From: an uncultured Gemmatimonadales bacterium
GTDB taxonomy: Bacteria > Gemmatimonadota > Gemmatimonadetes > Longimicrobiales > Gaopeijiaceae
Length of the DNA stretch: 64,000 nt
Reading direction: 5' to 3'
NCBI GenBank assembly: GCA_963809895.1
Contig: CAWELD010000003.1
Location: 864,001-928,000, forward strand
Each line of letters begins with the position of its first letter. Positions within the stretch are counted from its first letter, which is position 1. The notes below the pieces were generated by a model. It was not told the DNA's origin and did no database searches. It was given only the letters and a program-made list of their open reading frames with translations. Positions 1 to 8,818 of this stretch are shown piece by piece. The position numbers were made by a program, and so were the translations under genes.

Positions 1-210
1 GAGCGGGACCGCCCGGCGCCCGACGACGCGGACGTGAGCGAGCTCGGATTCGGCGGTGAGGCGGGCTTCGGCGTGCGCTTCGGGATCCAGGGTCGCTTCT
101 ATCTGAGTCCCGGGGTCCGTTTCGGCGCCGCCAACACCGGACTCCCGGACGGCACGCTGCTCCGCATGCGGTATCTGGTTGCGGACCTGGGTGTGGTGGT
201 GGGGTTCTAA
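1..210 (+). CDS. Outer-membrane beta-barrel protein, 3' end only (truncated by window)
   Basis: Frame 1 is open from base 1 to TAA at 208-210: ...GFGGEAGFGVRF...YLSPGVRF...RYLVADLGVVVGF*. Alternating hydrophobic strands and terminal Phe (beta-signal). Confidence 0.65.
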   Translation, partial: ERDRPAPDDADVSELGFGGEAGFGVRFGIQGRFYLSPGVRFGAANTGLPDGTLLRMRYLVADLGVVVGF

Positions 211-231
211 TCCCCTCAGGAGGGATCACCG

Positions 232-2283
232 ATGACGATGCGCTCGATCCGCAGGTGCTTCCGGCTGACGGTTCTCCTTCTGTCGCTCCTGCTCTCGACG
301 CTACCCGCTCGGCTCGGTGCCGAGGTGGTGCGCGTGGTGATCGACCGGCGCGAGGTGGTCCTCGACGGCCGTGCCTTCGGCGACGCCGGCGCGTACGAGA
401 AGCTCGTGGGACGTATCTACTTCGCCTTCGATCCCGACAACCCGGCCAACGCCCGGGTGGTGGATCTGGACCTCGCGGTCCGCAACGCCGAGGGCAGGGT
501 GGAGGCCTGGTCCGACTTCATGGTCCTGCAGCCGGTGGACCCGGAAAAGCGCCGGGGCGTGGCGTGGTTCGAGGTTCCCAATCGCGGCGGCAAGGCATCG
601 CTCCGTTACTTCGACAACGCGACGCGCGGCGCCCTCGATCCCACCGCTCCCGAGGATTTCGGTGACGGCCTGCTGATGCGTCAGGGTCTCACGCTCATCT
701 GGGTCGGATGGCAGTGGGACGTGCCCGATCGCGAGGGGCTGCTGCGCCTGCACGCACCGCTGGCCCGGGCGCCGGGCGGCGAGTCCATCGAAGGCCTGGT
801 ACGCTCGGATTGGACGGTGGACGCCGATACCGACGTGCTGGATCTCGGCCACCGCGGCCAGCGGCCGTTCTTTCCGGCCGACCCCGAGAGCGGCGAGCAC
901 GTCCTCACCGTGCGGGACGGTCGCGAAGCCCCTCGCCGGGTCGTGGACCGGTCGCGGTGGCGTTTCGTCGCGCCGGAGGCCGGGTCGGACAGCACGCGTT
1001 TCACCGCGATTCGACTGGAGGGGGGATTCGAGGCCGGCCACATCTACGAGCTGGTGTACCGGGCGCAGGATCCCCGCGTGGGAGGCCTGGGCCTGGCGGC
1101 CATCCGCGATGCCATGGCCTACGCCAAGTACGACCTCCACAGCGAGTTCCCCGCGCGAACGGGGATCGCGTTCGGCGTGTCCCAGACCGGTCGCTTCCTC
1201 CGGCACTTCCTCTACCAGGGCTTCAACGTCGACGAACGTGGACACAAGGTCTTCGACGGCATGTTGATCCACACCGCCGGGGCGGGGCGGGGGAGCTTCA
1301 ACCACCGCTTCGGCCAGCCCAGCCGTGATGCGCACCGCTACTCGGCCTTCTTCTATCCCACCGACATCTTCCCCTTCACCAGCCGTCCGGAGGCCGATCC
1401 CATCACCGGTCGGACCGAGGGGCTGTGGGACGCGCTGCCCGACGACATGCGTCCTCGTGTCATGGTCACCAACACCGGCTACGAATACTGGGGTCGCGCG
1501 GCGTCGCTCATCCACACGTCGGTGGACGGCTTCCAGGACGTCTCGCCCCTGCCCGGGGAGCGCATCTACCACCTGTCGGGGGGCCAGCACTTCGTCGGAG
1601 GATTTCCTCCGGACTCGGCAGCGCGGCTTCCTGGAGCCGATGCCTGGTTCGGCGACCCCGTGGACTTCCTGTTCACGCTGCGCGCCCTGGCCATGGACCT
1701 GGTGCGCTGGGTGGACGAGGATGTCGAGCCACCCCCCTCGGTGCTGCCGCGCGTCGCCGAGGGAACCCTGGTGAGCCCGCTGGGGCTGGCGTTCCCGATC
1801 GTCCCCGGCGTGGTCCCACCCCAGGTCTCGCACCTGGCGTACCGCGCCGACTACGGTCCCCGCTTCCGCGACCAGGGGATCGTCGACAAGCAGCCCCCGG
1901 AGCTGGGCCCGGCCTTCAGCTCGCAGGTGCCGCAGGTCGACGGGCTCGGCAACGAGCTCGGCGGAGTACGGGGGGTCGAGCTGAGGGTTCCCGTGGCCAC
2001 CTACGCTCCCTGGGCGCTTCGCATCGGGCTGCCGGGCCCACAGGACGAGCTGCGCGACTTCGTGGGCACCTTCATCCCACTGCCCCTGACCGAGGCGGAG
2101 CGGAAGGCGGCGGGTGACTCACGACCCAGCATCCAACATCTTTACGGGAGCCGGGAGTCCTACATGCGTCGGGTCGAAGTCGCCCTGGCGGACCTGACCC
2201 GGGAGCGCTTCCTCCTCGCCGAGGACGCGCCTCGCGCCCGGGCGTGGGCCGAGCGACTGTGGGATTGGGTGGTGGCGCGGTAG
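232..2283 (+). CDS. Secreted alpha/beta-hydrolase-domain protein
   Basis: Signal peptide, nucleophile-elbow motif GVSQTG, FDG motif and late His (GGQH); SD-like GGAGG upstream. Confidence 0.7.
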   Translation: MTMRSIRRCFRLTVLLLSLLLSTLPARLGAEVVRVVIDRREVVLDGRAFGDAGAYEKLVGRIYFAFDPDNPANARVVDLDLAVRNAEGRVEAWSDFMVLQPVDPEKRRGVAWFEVPNRGGKASLRYFDNATRGALDPTAPEDFGDGLLMRQGLTLIWVGWQWDVPDREGLLRLHAPLARAPGGESIEGLVRSDWTVDADTDVLDLGHRGQRPFFPADPESGEHVLTVRDGREAPRRVVDRSRWRFVAPEAGSDSTRFTAIRLEGGFEAGHIYELVYRAQDPRVGGLGLAAIRDAMAYAKYDLHSEFPARTGIAFGVSQTGRFLRHFLYQGFNVDERGHKVFDGMLIHTAGAGRGSFNHRFGQPSRDAHRYSAFFYPTDIFPFTSRPEADPITGRTEGLWDALPDDMRPRVMVTNTGYEYWGRAASLIHTSVDGFQDVSPLPGERIYHLSGGQHFVGGFPPDSAARLPGADAWFGDPVDFLFTLRALAMDLVRWVDEDVEPPPSVLPRVAEGTLVSPLGLAFPIVPGVVPPQVSHLAYRADYGPRFRDQGIVDKQPPELGPAFSSQVPQVDGLGNELGGVRGVELRVPVATYAPWALRIGLPGPQDELRDFVGTFIPLPLTEAERKAAGDSRPSIQHLYGSRESYMRRVEVALADLTRERFLLAEDAPRARAWAERLWDWVVAR

Positions 2284-2293
2284 CCACGGCCCC

Positions 2294-4594
2294 TCACATG
2301 CGGAACAGGTAGCTCAGCTTGAGGAACAGCCCGTCTTCCACGGGATCCAGTCGGCTCAGGTCGTAGCTGCGGGCGCCCTGCTCGAGGCGGGTATAGCCCA
2401 CGTAGAAGATGGTGCCCGGGCCGGGCTCGTACTGGAGAAGCGCCTGTCCCTGGAACTCTCCCGACTCCCGCGCGTCCTGCGCCTCGCCCCCGACCACCAG
2501 CGCTGCGCCCGTGACCGGATCGATGAGCGCCGAACGCTCCTCCAGCGAGTACTGGCCCAGGAGTCGCGCCGACAGGGCCCGGCTGAACTGGTACTGCAGG
2601 TTCAGGCGGCTCACCTGTGCGGTACTGAAGAGCGATCCGTCGCGGTGGCGCTCGATCCGCGACCAGGTGTAGTTGAACGAGAGCGACAGGGCGTTGGTGG
2701 GTCGCACGGTGAGACTCGGCGCGAGCTGGACCTCGAATCCCCGGGAGGCCTCGGCGTAGATGGGGAGCTCGCGAAGATAGAAGCGGCCGTTCAGGTTGAG
2801 GGCGTCGGTGATGCGCATGCGGGGGAGCACCGCGAACGCCTTCATGTTCCTGAGCGATGGCGGAAGCACGAAGGGGCCGAGCGAGCCGTCCGCGGCGGAG
2901 ACCTGGTAGCCGGTGTAGTCCTCGGGGCGGAAGCGGAAGTACCCGTTCCGGAGGACGAACGTGAGCGTGCGATCGCCCCGCAAGGACAGGCTGGGCTGCA
3001 ACTCGATCTCGTGCTCCAGCGGGCGGCGCCCCGCCCACAGGCCCTCGTGCGTGAAGTAGTTGTCCACGCGCAACTCGCCGCTCCAGCGCTCCAGAAAGGC
3101 TCCGGGCGTGCCGAAGCCGGTGTAGCGCACCTGTCCCTGAAGCTGGGCGTCGCCCACGCGCTGGATGAAGCCCGACCGGGTGCGAAAGCCCGGATTCACG
3201 TCGTTGAGCTGCGCCTCCCAGGACAGGTTCCGGCCGCTGCGCTCCACCTGAGCGAAGAGGAGCGGCCGCCCCCGTCGAGGCCCGTCGCCCGCGCCCGTGT
3301 CGTCCCAGCTGGAGGCGAGCTGGGTGGTGACGGTGTACCGCCCCAGCAGGAGACGTGCATCACCGGCCAGCACGCGATTGTAGGCGCTTCCGGCGCTGCG
3401 GTCGGTGTAGACGACGCCCACCGACGAGCCCGTCCCCACGTCCCTCCGCACCCGCACGATGTTGAAGAAGGCGTCGTCCAGCGTCGGGGAGGCGTCGCGG
3501 GCTCCCAGGTATCCGACCTGGAACGCACCCACCTTGCCGGTGAGCTTGGCGCCCCCGTCCGGGTCCACGATCTGGCGCGTGTAGACCAGGTTCTGGGGCA
3601 TCTGGAAGATCTCGGTGCCTTCCAGGAAGAAGGGCCGCTTCTCGGGAAAGAAGAGGGCGAAGCGCTCGTTCACCGTGATGCGGTTCGCGTCGGCCTCGAT
3701 CTGCGAGAAGTCCGGGTTGACGGTGGCGTCCAGCGTGAGGTTGCGCGTCACCCCGTAGCGGAGGTTGAGCCCGTAGTCGTCCCGCAGGGACTCGTGGTGG
3801 AACGACCCGTCGTCCCGCAGCGCACCCGTGCGGCGGCCGGTGACCACCGGGTTGACCTCCACCAGCCGGCGTGGATGCAGATCCCGGAGCCCGGTGAGGC
3901 GGCCGCTCTGCGCGAGGGTGCTGGGTACGTCCTGGGTGAGGGGCGCCCAGGACTGCTTGAATCCGGTGCGCTTGACCTCGCGAGCGATGTTGAATCCCCA
4001 GCTCTGGGTCGGGATCTCGCGAAAGCGGAGCGAAACGTAGGGGATCCGGATCTCGGCCACCCATCCACGGGCCGTCACCCGGCCCTGGCTCTCCCAGATG
4101 AAGTCCGGATTGAAGTCGATGGACACCCCGCTGCTGCTCCCCGATCCTCTCCTCAGTCCCTCGATCCAGAGGCCGTCGGTCTGGATGCCGAGCGGGTTGA
4201 CGTAGAACACGTACGCCTGACGCTGGTCGTCGAAGGTGTCCAGCATGAGACGGATCCAGTCGTCGTTGAAGGCCGATCGGTCCCGCTCGCCGAGGCGGGC
4301 GAGGATGCGGTCCGGATCGACGTCCAGCGCCTCGACGCCGAAATAGATGGCTCGCGGCCCGTAGAAGACGTGGACCCGGGTCTCCTGCGACGCGCGCACG
4401 CCCTCGACGGGCTCGTACTGGGTGAAGCCGTCCAGCACGGCCGCCTCGGCCCAGGCCGGCTCGTCCAGGACACCGTCGATCTGGATGGAAGCGTCGGCCA
4501 CCCGGGGGACCGGGACGTCGAGCTGGCCGTCGCGTCCGGAATAGCTCTGCGGCGTCGTCTGGAGGACGGCGGCGAGAGCCAGAATCGGGATCAT
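2294..4594 (-). CDS. CBM9-like/DUF5916 outer-membrane protein
   Basis: Start MIPILALAAVLQ; IDGVLDEPAW (CBM9-like), EIRIPYVSLRF, TVNPDFSQIEAD and FFPEKRPFFLEG (DUF5916); ends FLKLSYLFRM. Confidence 0.8.
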   Translation of the reverse strand: MIPILALAAVLQTTPQSYSGRDGQLDVPVPRVADASIQIDGVLDEPAWAEAAVLDGFTQYEPVEGVRASQETRVHVFYGPRAIYFGVEALDVDPDRILARLGERDRSAFNDDWIRLMLDTFDDQRQAYVFYVNPLGIQTDGLWIEGLRRGSGSSSGVSIDFNPDFIWESQGRVTARGWVAEIRIPYVSLRFREIPTQSWGFNIAREVKRTGFKQSWAPLTQDVPSTLAQSGRLTGLRDLHPRRLVEVNPVVTGRRTGALRDDGSFHHESLRDDYGLNLRYGVTRNLTLDATVNPDFSQIEADANRITVNERFALFFPEKRPFFLEGTEIFQMPQNLVYTRQIVDPDGGAKLTGKVGAFQVGYLGARDASPTLDDAFFNIVRVRRDVGTGSSVGVVYTDRSAGSAYNRVLAGDARLLLGRYTVTTQLASSWDDTGAGDGPRRGRPLLFAQVERSGRNLSWEAQLNDVNPGFRTRSGFIQRVGDAQLQGQVRYTGFGTPGAFLERWSGELRVDNYFTHEGLWAGRRPLEHEIELQPSLSLRGDRTLTFVLRNGYFRFRPEDYTGYQVSAADGSLGPFVLPPSLRNMKAFAVLPRMRITDALNLNGRFYLRELPIYAEASRGFEVQLAPSLTVRPTNALSLSFNYTWSRIERHRDGSLFSTAQVSRLNLQYQFSRALSARLLGQYSLEERSALIDPVTGAALVVGGEAQDARESGEFQGQALLQYEPGPGTIFYVGYTRLEQGARSYDLSRLDPVEDGLFLKLSYLFRM

Positions 4595-4602
4595 CACGGG
4601 GC

Positions 4603-6651
4603 TCAGGCCAGCTCCGCCTCGCGTCCGGCGCTGCCACTGGCGGCCGGCTGGGGAACCAGGGTGGCGTAGATCTCCTCCAGGCGGGGGAGCACGCTCTCGA
4701 AGGCTGCCGCCACCGCCGGGTCGAACTGGGTCCCGGAGCGCTCCCGGATGAGGGCGACGGCCTCGTCCCAGCTCCGCGCCGGCCGATAGGCTCTGGGGCT
4801 CGTCATGGCATCGAGGGCATCCGCGAGGCCCACCACGCGGGCCGCCAGCGGGATGGTCTCGCCCGCCAGGGTGTCGGGATAGCCGCTCCCGTCCCAGGAC
4901 TCGTGGTGCCACCCCACCACCGCGAGGATGAGGTCGTCGTCCAGCAGGGGTTCGAGGATGCGGCGCCCTACCTTGGGATGCGCCTTCACGGCGGCGAATT
5001 CCTCGCCCGTGAGGTCCGAGTCCTTGTTGAGCACGACGTCGGGCACGCCGATCTTGCCCACGTCGTGAAGCTCACAGGCCAGTTGCAGCGATGCCCGGTC
5101 CAGGAGCTCTCCGTCGGAGTCCACGGCATCGGCCAGCACCGCGGCGTAGGCTCCGACGCGCTCCGAGTGCCCGGCGGTGTAGGGATCCCGGGCCTCCACC
5201 GCGCGCACGAGCGCCCGAGCGCCCTTGAGGACCGCCTCGCGGACCAGCACGTCGCGCGCCTCGGCGGCCGGATCCTCCGGCGGGCGCTGAGCCCGCTCGG
5301 ACAGCGACCGGTCCCGACGAGCCAGCGCATCGACCAGATGAGCGCGCAGCTCAGGCATCCCGAAGGGCTTGAAGAGATAGCGGTCGGCGCCCGCGTTCAG
5401 GGCGTCGGCGGCGACCTGGGCGTCCTGCAGGCCGGTGATGACGATGACCTGGGTCGCCGGCCAACGCGACTTCACCGCCGACACCATCTCGTTGCCGCCG
5501 GCGCCCGGGAGCCGGATGTCGGTGATGACGGCGTCGAACTCCTCCTTCAGCGCCCGCACGCCCAACGGAACCGAGGCCGCCTGGGTGACCTCGAATCCCT
5601 CGCGCTCGAGATAGGTGGACAGCAGCTCCCGCACCTGCTGGTCGTCCTCGACGATGAGCATCTTGCGTCCGTTGCCGAACCCGGTGATCTGGTGGGGCAG
5701 CGGCGCGCCCGGCGCGGCCGCGCGCCGCGGATCCTTCTTCGGCGCGGCCACCCGACGCTCGGTCGACCCACCGGGCTGAGCTTCCATCTGATCCATCCCG
5801 CCGCGACCGAAGATGCGCACGCAGTTGCGGCCCTGGCGCTTGGCCTCGTAGAGCGCGTGGTCCGCCGCGGCCAGCAGCTCGTCCGGCGAATGCATGCTGG
5901 GGTGGTAGGCGGCCACGCCTGCGCTCACGGTGAGGGGGCCGTCGCCGAGGTTGAGGGCCCTCAGCGCCATGCGGACCCGATCGGCGAAGATGGCCGCGCC
6001 GTCGGGGTCGGAGCCGGCCAGCACGCTCACGAACTCCTCGCCGCCGAAACGGGAGGACAGGTTCATGCGTCGGGTGGTGCGCGCCAACACCTGGGCGAAG
6101 GCCTCCAGCGCCTCGTCGCCGGCCTGATGGCCGTAGCTGTCGTTGTAGAGCTTGAACTGGTCCAGGTCGAAAAGCACGACCGCCAGGAGCCGTCCGCGCT
6201 GGGCCGCCGCGAACTCGTTCTCCAGGAAGACCCGTGCGTGACGTCGATTGGGCAGGTGCGTGAGGAGGTCCGTGAAGGCCATGTCCTCGACGACGTTGCG
6301 ATCCCGATGCAGCACCTCGGCCAGCCAGCCGATCCCGAGCGAGATGACGAGGTAGGCGACGGCCACGACCAGCAGCATATCGGGCACCTGGCGCCCCATC
6401 CACAGCGACACCGCCTGCGTGCAGGAGAGCGTGGCCATGCCGGCAGCCAGGGCCGTGGCCACGCCGCGCCAGCCACGGTAGTAGGCCAGCAGGAAGGCCG
6501 GCAGCAACGCCAGCAGCCAGAGGAACGGCGCGTACTCTCGCAGGACGTCGGGAACGATGAACGCGCCCAGGGCCGGAATGGCCAGGGCCGCAAGAGAGAC
6601 GGCCAGGGCCCGTGGCGGCACCTGGCGAGAACGCGAGTCGGGGCGGGTCAT
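4603..6651 (-). CDS. Membrane-anchored GGDEF-REC-HD-GYP c-di-GMP enzyme
   Basis: About 4 TM helices, DLLTHLPNRR...RFGGEEF, receiver (IVEDD, TDIRLP, FKPF), HD-GYP (GHSERV, LHDVGK, HHESWDGSGYP, ADALDAM). Confidence 0.9.
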   Translation of the reverse strand: MTRPDSRSRQVPPRALAVSLAALAIPALGAFIVPDVLREYAPFLWLLALLPAFLLAYYRGWRGVATALAAGMATLSCTQAVSLWMGRQVPDMLLVVAVAYLVISLGIGWLAEVLHRDRNVVEDMAFTDLLTHLPNRRHARVFLENEFAAAQRGRLLAVVLFDLDQFKLYNDSYGHQAGDEALEAFAQVLARTTRRMNLSSRFGGEEFVSVLAGSDPDGAAIFADRVRMALRALNLGDGPLTVSAGVAAYHPSMHSPDELLAAADHALYEAKRQGRNCVRIFGRGGMDQMEAQPGGSTERRVAAPKKDPRRAAAPGAPLPHQITGFGNGRKMLIVEDDQQVRELLSTYLEREGFEVTQAASVPLGVRALKEEFDAVITDIRLPGAGGNEMVSAVKSRWPATQVIVITGLQDAQVAADALNAGADRYLFKPFGMPELRAHLVDALARRDRSLSERAQRPPEDPAAEARDVLVREAVLKGARALVRAVEARDPYTAGHSERVGAYAAVLADAVDSDGELLDRASLQLACELHDVGKIGVPDVVLNKDSDLTGEEFAAVKAHPKVGRRILEPLLDDDLILAVVGWHHESWDGSGYPDTLAGETIPLAARVVGLADALDAMTSPRAYRPARSWDEAVALIRERSGTQFDPAVAAAFESVLPRLEEIYATLVPQPAASGSAGREAELA

Positions 6652-6683
6652 GCTTCGAAGTTGCCCCTCGTTCGCCTCCCGGG

Positions 6684-7190
6684 TCAAGCAGATTGAAACA
6701 AGTGTTTCCCACCGCCTCGGGAGCCCGGGTCGAGAGTGGCCTCCATGCGCAGCCCGTCCGCGCCGTCGGCGTAGTAGCCCGGAAGCGAGGCCACCGCACG
6801 AAATCCCGCGGTCCGGTAGAGCGAAAGGGCCACCTCGTTCGTGTCGCGAACCTCGAGCCGCACGCGCCGGGCTCCGTGGCGCCGGGCGGCGGCGAGCACG
6901 GCTGCCAGCAGGGCCCGGCCCACACCGCGTCCCCTGGCCTCGGGAGCCACCGCCAGCGAATAGAGCCTCGCCACCTCCGATCCCGACCGGAAGAGCACCA
7001 CCGCGGCTCCTCCGAGGCCCTGCAGCGCAGGGGCGGTGGCGAGCAGTACTCGCGCGTGGGCCCGCGTGAGGAGATGGCGCCAGGCCCGGCGGGAGATGCG
7101 GTCCACGGGAAAGGCGCGGTCCTCCAGGTCCACCAGGTCGTCCAGGTCGTCGGCGGTGGCGCAGCGGATGATGAGGGGCGGCGATTCCAT
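6684..7190 (-). CDS. GNAT N-acetyltransferase (RimI-like)
   Basis: SLAVAPEARGRGVG acetyl-CoA motif; LEVRDTNEVALSLY...GF...YYADG. Confidence 0.8.
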   Translation of the reverse strand: MESPPLIIRCATADDLDDLVDLEDRAFPVDRISRRAWRHLLTRAHARVLLATAPALQGLGGAAVVLFRSGSEVARLYSLAVAPEARGRGVGRALLAAVLAAARRHGARRVRLEVRDTNEVALSLYRTAGFRAVASLPGYYADGADGLRMEATLDPGSRGGGKHLFQSA

Positions 7191-7322
7191 GTCCGTCAGG
7201 GTAGCGGCGACCGCAGCCCTCGTCCACGGCCGGAGGCCTCTCTGGACGCGACGCCGGTGCCGGCGCATGTTGCCGCGTGCCGGACCGCCAACCCTCCTCC
7301 CTCCCTCCCATCCACGCTCGCC

Positions 7323-8267
7323 ATGCGCCGTCCCTCGCTGGTCGCCACCGCCCTGTGCCTGCCGGTCTTCGTGGCCGCCTGCCGGGATCGAGCACCGGAC
7401 GGCAACCTTCAGGGCGCCGTGTCGGTTCCGGGGCAGCGTGCCCGGGAGGTCGTAGAGAACCTCGTGGACAGTCTGGGCCGGTCTCACGAGGCGGAGATCT
7501 CCGTGTACTACCGGAGTCCGGAGAGGGGGGACTCCATCCTGATCAGGCCGGACGTGCGCATGCACGCCGCCAGCACCATGAAGGTGCCGGTGCTCCTGCA
7601 GCTCTACCTGGACCAGGAGGCCGGACGGCTGGACCTGGACGACTCCCTGATCGTGGGGACCACCTTCCGTTCCATCGTCGACGGCTCGCGCTACGAGCTC
7701 GATCGGGGATCCGACTCGGACAGCACCCTGTACGTCCGGGCCGGACAGAAGGTGGCCTTGCGTGAGCTGGCGGATCTCATGATCACCCGCTCGAGCAACC
7801 TGGCCACCAACCTGCTGATCCGTGAGGTGGACGCCGGGCGCGTCACCGCCACCATGCGCCGGCTGGGCGCCGATTCCATGGAGGTACTGCGAGGCGTGGA
7901 GGACATCCCGGCGTTCGAGGCGGGCCTCAACAACACGACCACCGCCCGCGATCTCGGCGTCCTGTTCCGGGCGCTGATCACGGGCACGGTGGCCTCGGAC
8001 GCCTCCCGTCAGGAGATGCTCGCCATCCTGGAGCGCCAGCGGTTCAGGGACAAGATCCCGGCAGGGCTCCCGGCTGGGGTCCGCGTGGCGAACAAGACGG
8101 GCTGGATCACCGGGATCAGCCACGACGCGGCCGTGGTGTATCCGCCCGCCGATCCCCCCTACGTGTTGGTGGTGCTCACCCGTGGTATCCAGGACCAGGA
8201 CGAGGCCGCGGGGGTCGTCGCGGAGGTGTCGCGGCAGGTGTGGCGCTACCACACCCGTGTCTCGTGA
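7323..8267 (+). CDS. Class A beta-lactamase-like serine hydrolase, lipoprotein
   Basis: Lipobox VAAC; SxxK (STMK), SxN (SSN) and KTG motifs. Confidence 0.85.
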   Translation: MRRPSLVATALCLPVFVAACRDRAPDGNLQGAVSVPGQRAREVVENLVDSLGRSHEAEISVYYRSPERGDSILIRPDVRMHAASTMKVPVLLQLYLDQEAGRLDLDDSLIVGTTFRSIVDGSRYELDRGSDSDSTLYVRAGQKVALRELADLMITRSSNLATNLLIREVDAGRVTATMRRLGADSMEVLRGVEDIPAFEAGLNNTTTARDLGVLFRALITGTVASDASRQEMLAILERQRFRDKIPAGLPAGVRVANKTGWITGISHDAAVVYPPADPPYVLVVLTRGIQDQDEAAGVVAEVSRQVWRYHTRVS

Positions 8268-8782
8268 ACGCCCTGGGTCCGGTTCTGGCCATGGGGTCTG
8301 CGCCGGGCGGCGGCGCGGGCATGGTGGCGGCGACGGAGCTGACGGTGGACCAGCACGGCGTCGTGGGCGATCGCTACCGCGACGGGGAAGGACGCTGGTC
8401 GTCCCATCGGACCAGTCCGCTGACGCTTGTGGCCGCAGGCGATGTCGGCGTGGCCGCGCGAGAGCTGGGCGTCCAGCTCGATCCGCTGGCGCTGCGACGG
8501 AACGTGGTGCTGGACGGACGGAACGTCGCCGACCTGGTGGGGACGCGCTTCCGCCTCGGTGAGGTCCTGCTCCGGGGTGAGCGCGTGTGCGCGCCCTGCC
8601 GCTACCTGGAGGAGCTGCTCGGAATCCCCGGACTGAAGGACGCGCTGGGCGAAGGGCGCGGGGGGTTGCGGGCCACCGTACTGACGCCGGGCCGCATCCG
8701 GATCGGCGACCGCGTGGAGCCCTCGCCCACGGATAATTCTACAGATGTAGTTGACAACGGTGGGTGCGTGGTAGCAACGTAG
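8264..8782 (+). CDS. MOSC-domain protein
   Basis: GTGA overlap with upstream stop; GVVGDRY, LRRNVVLDG, CAPC, GRGGLRATVLTPGRIRIGD. Confidence 0.8.
   Translation: MNALGPVLAMGSAPGGGAGMVAATELTVDQHGVVGDRYRDGEGRWSSHRTSPLTLVAAGDVGVAARELGVQLDPLALRRNVVLDGRNVADLVGTRFRLGEVLLRGERVCAPCRYLEELLGIPGLKDALGEGRGGLRATVLTPGRIRIGDRVEPSPTDNSTDVVDNGGCVVAT
8739..8756 (+). promoter_or_regulatory. BlaI/MecI/CopY-type operator (TACA-nn-TGTA) abutting a TTGACA -35 box
   Basis: CTACA-GA-TGTAG inverted repeat at 8739-8750, TTGACA at 8751-8756, directly upstream of an M56 gene. Confidence 0.7.
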
Positions 8783-8818
8783 GGAGCGCACCCGTCGTAA
8801 CTAGGTGTGGTCCCCGCA

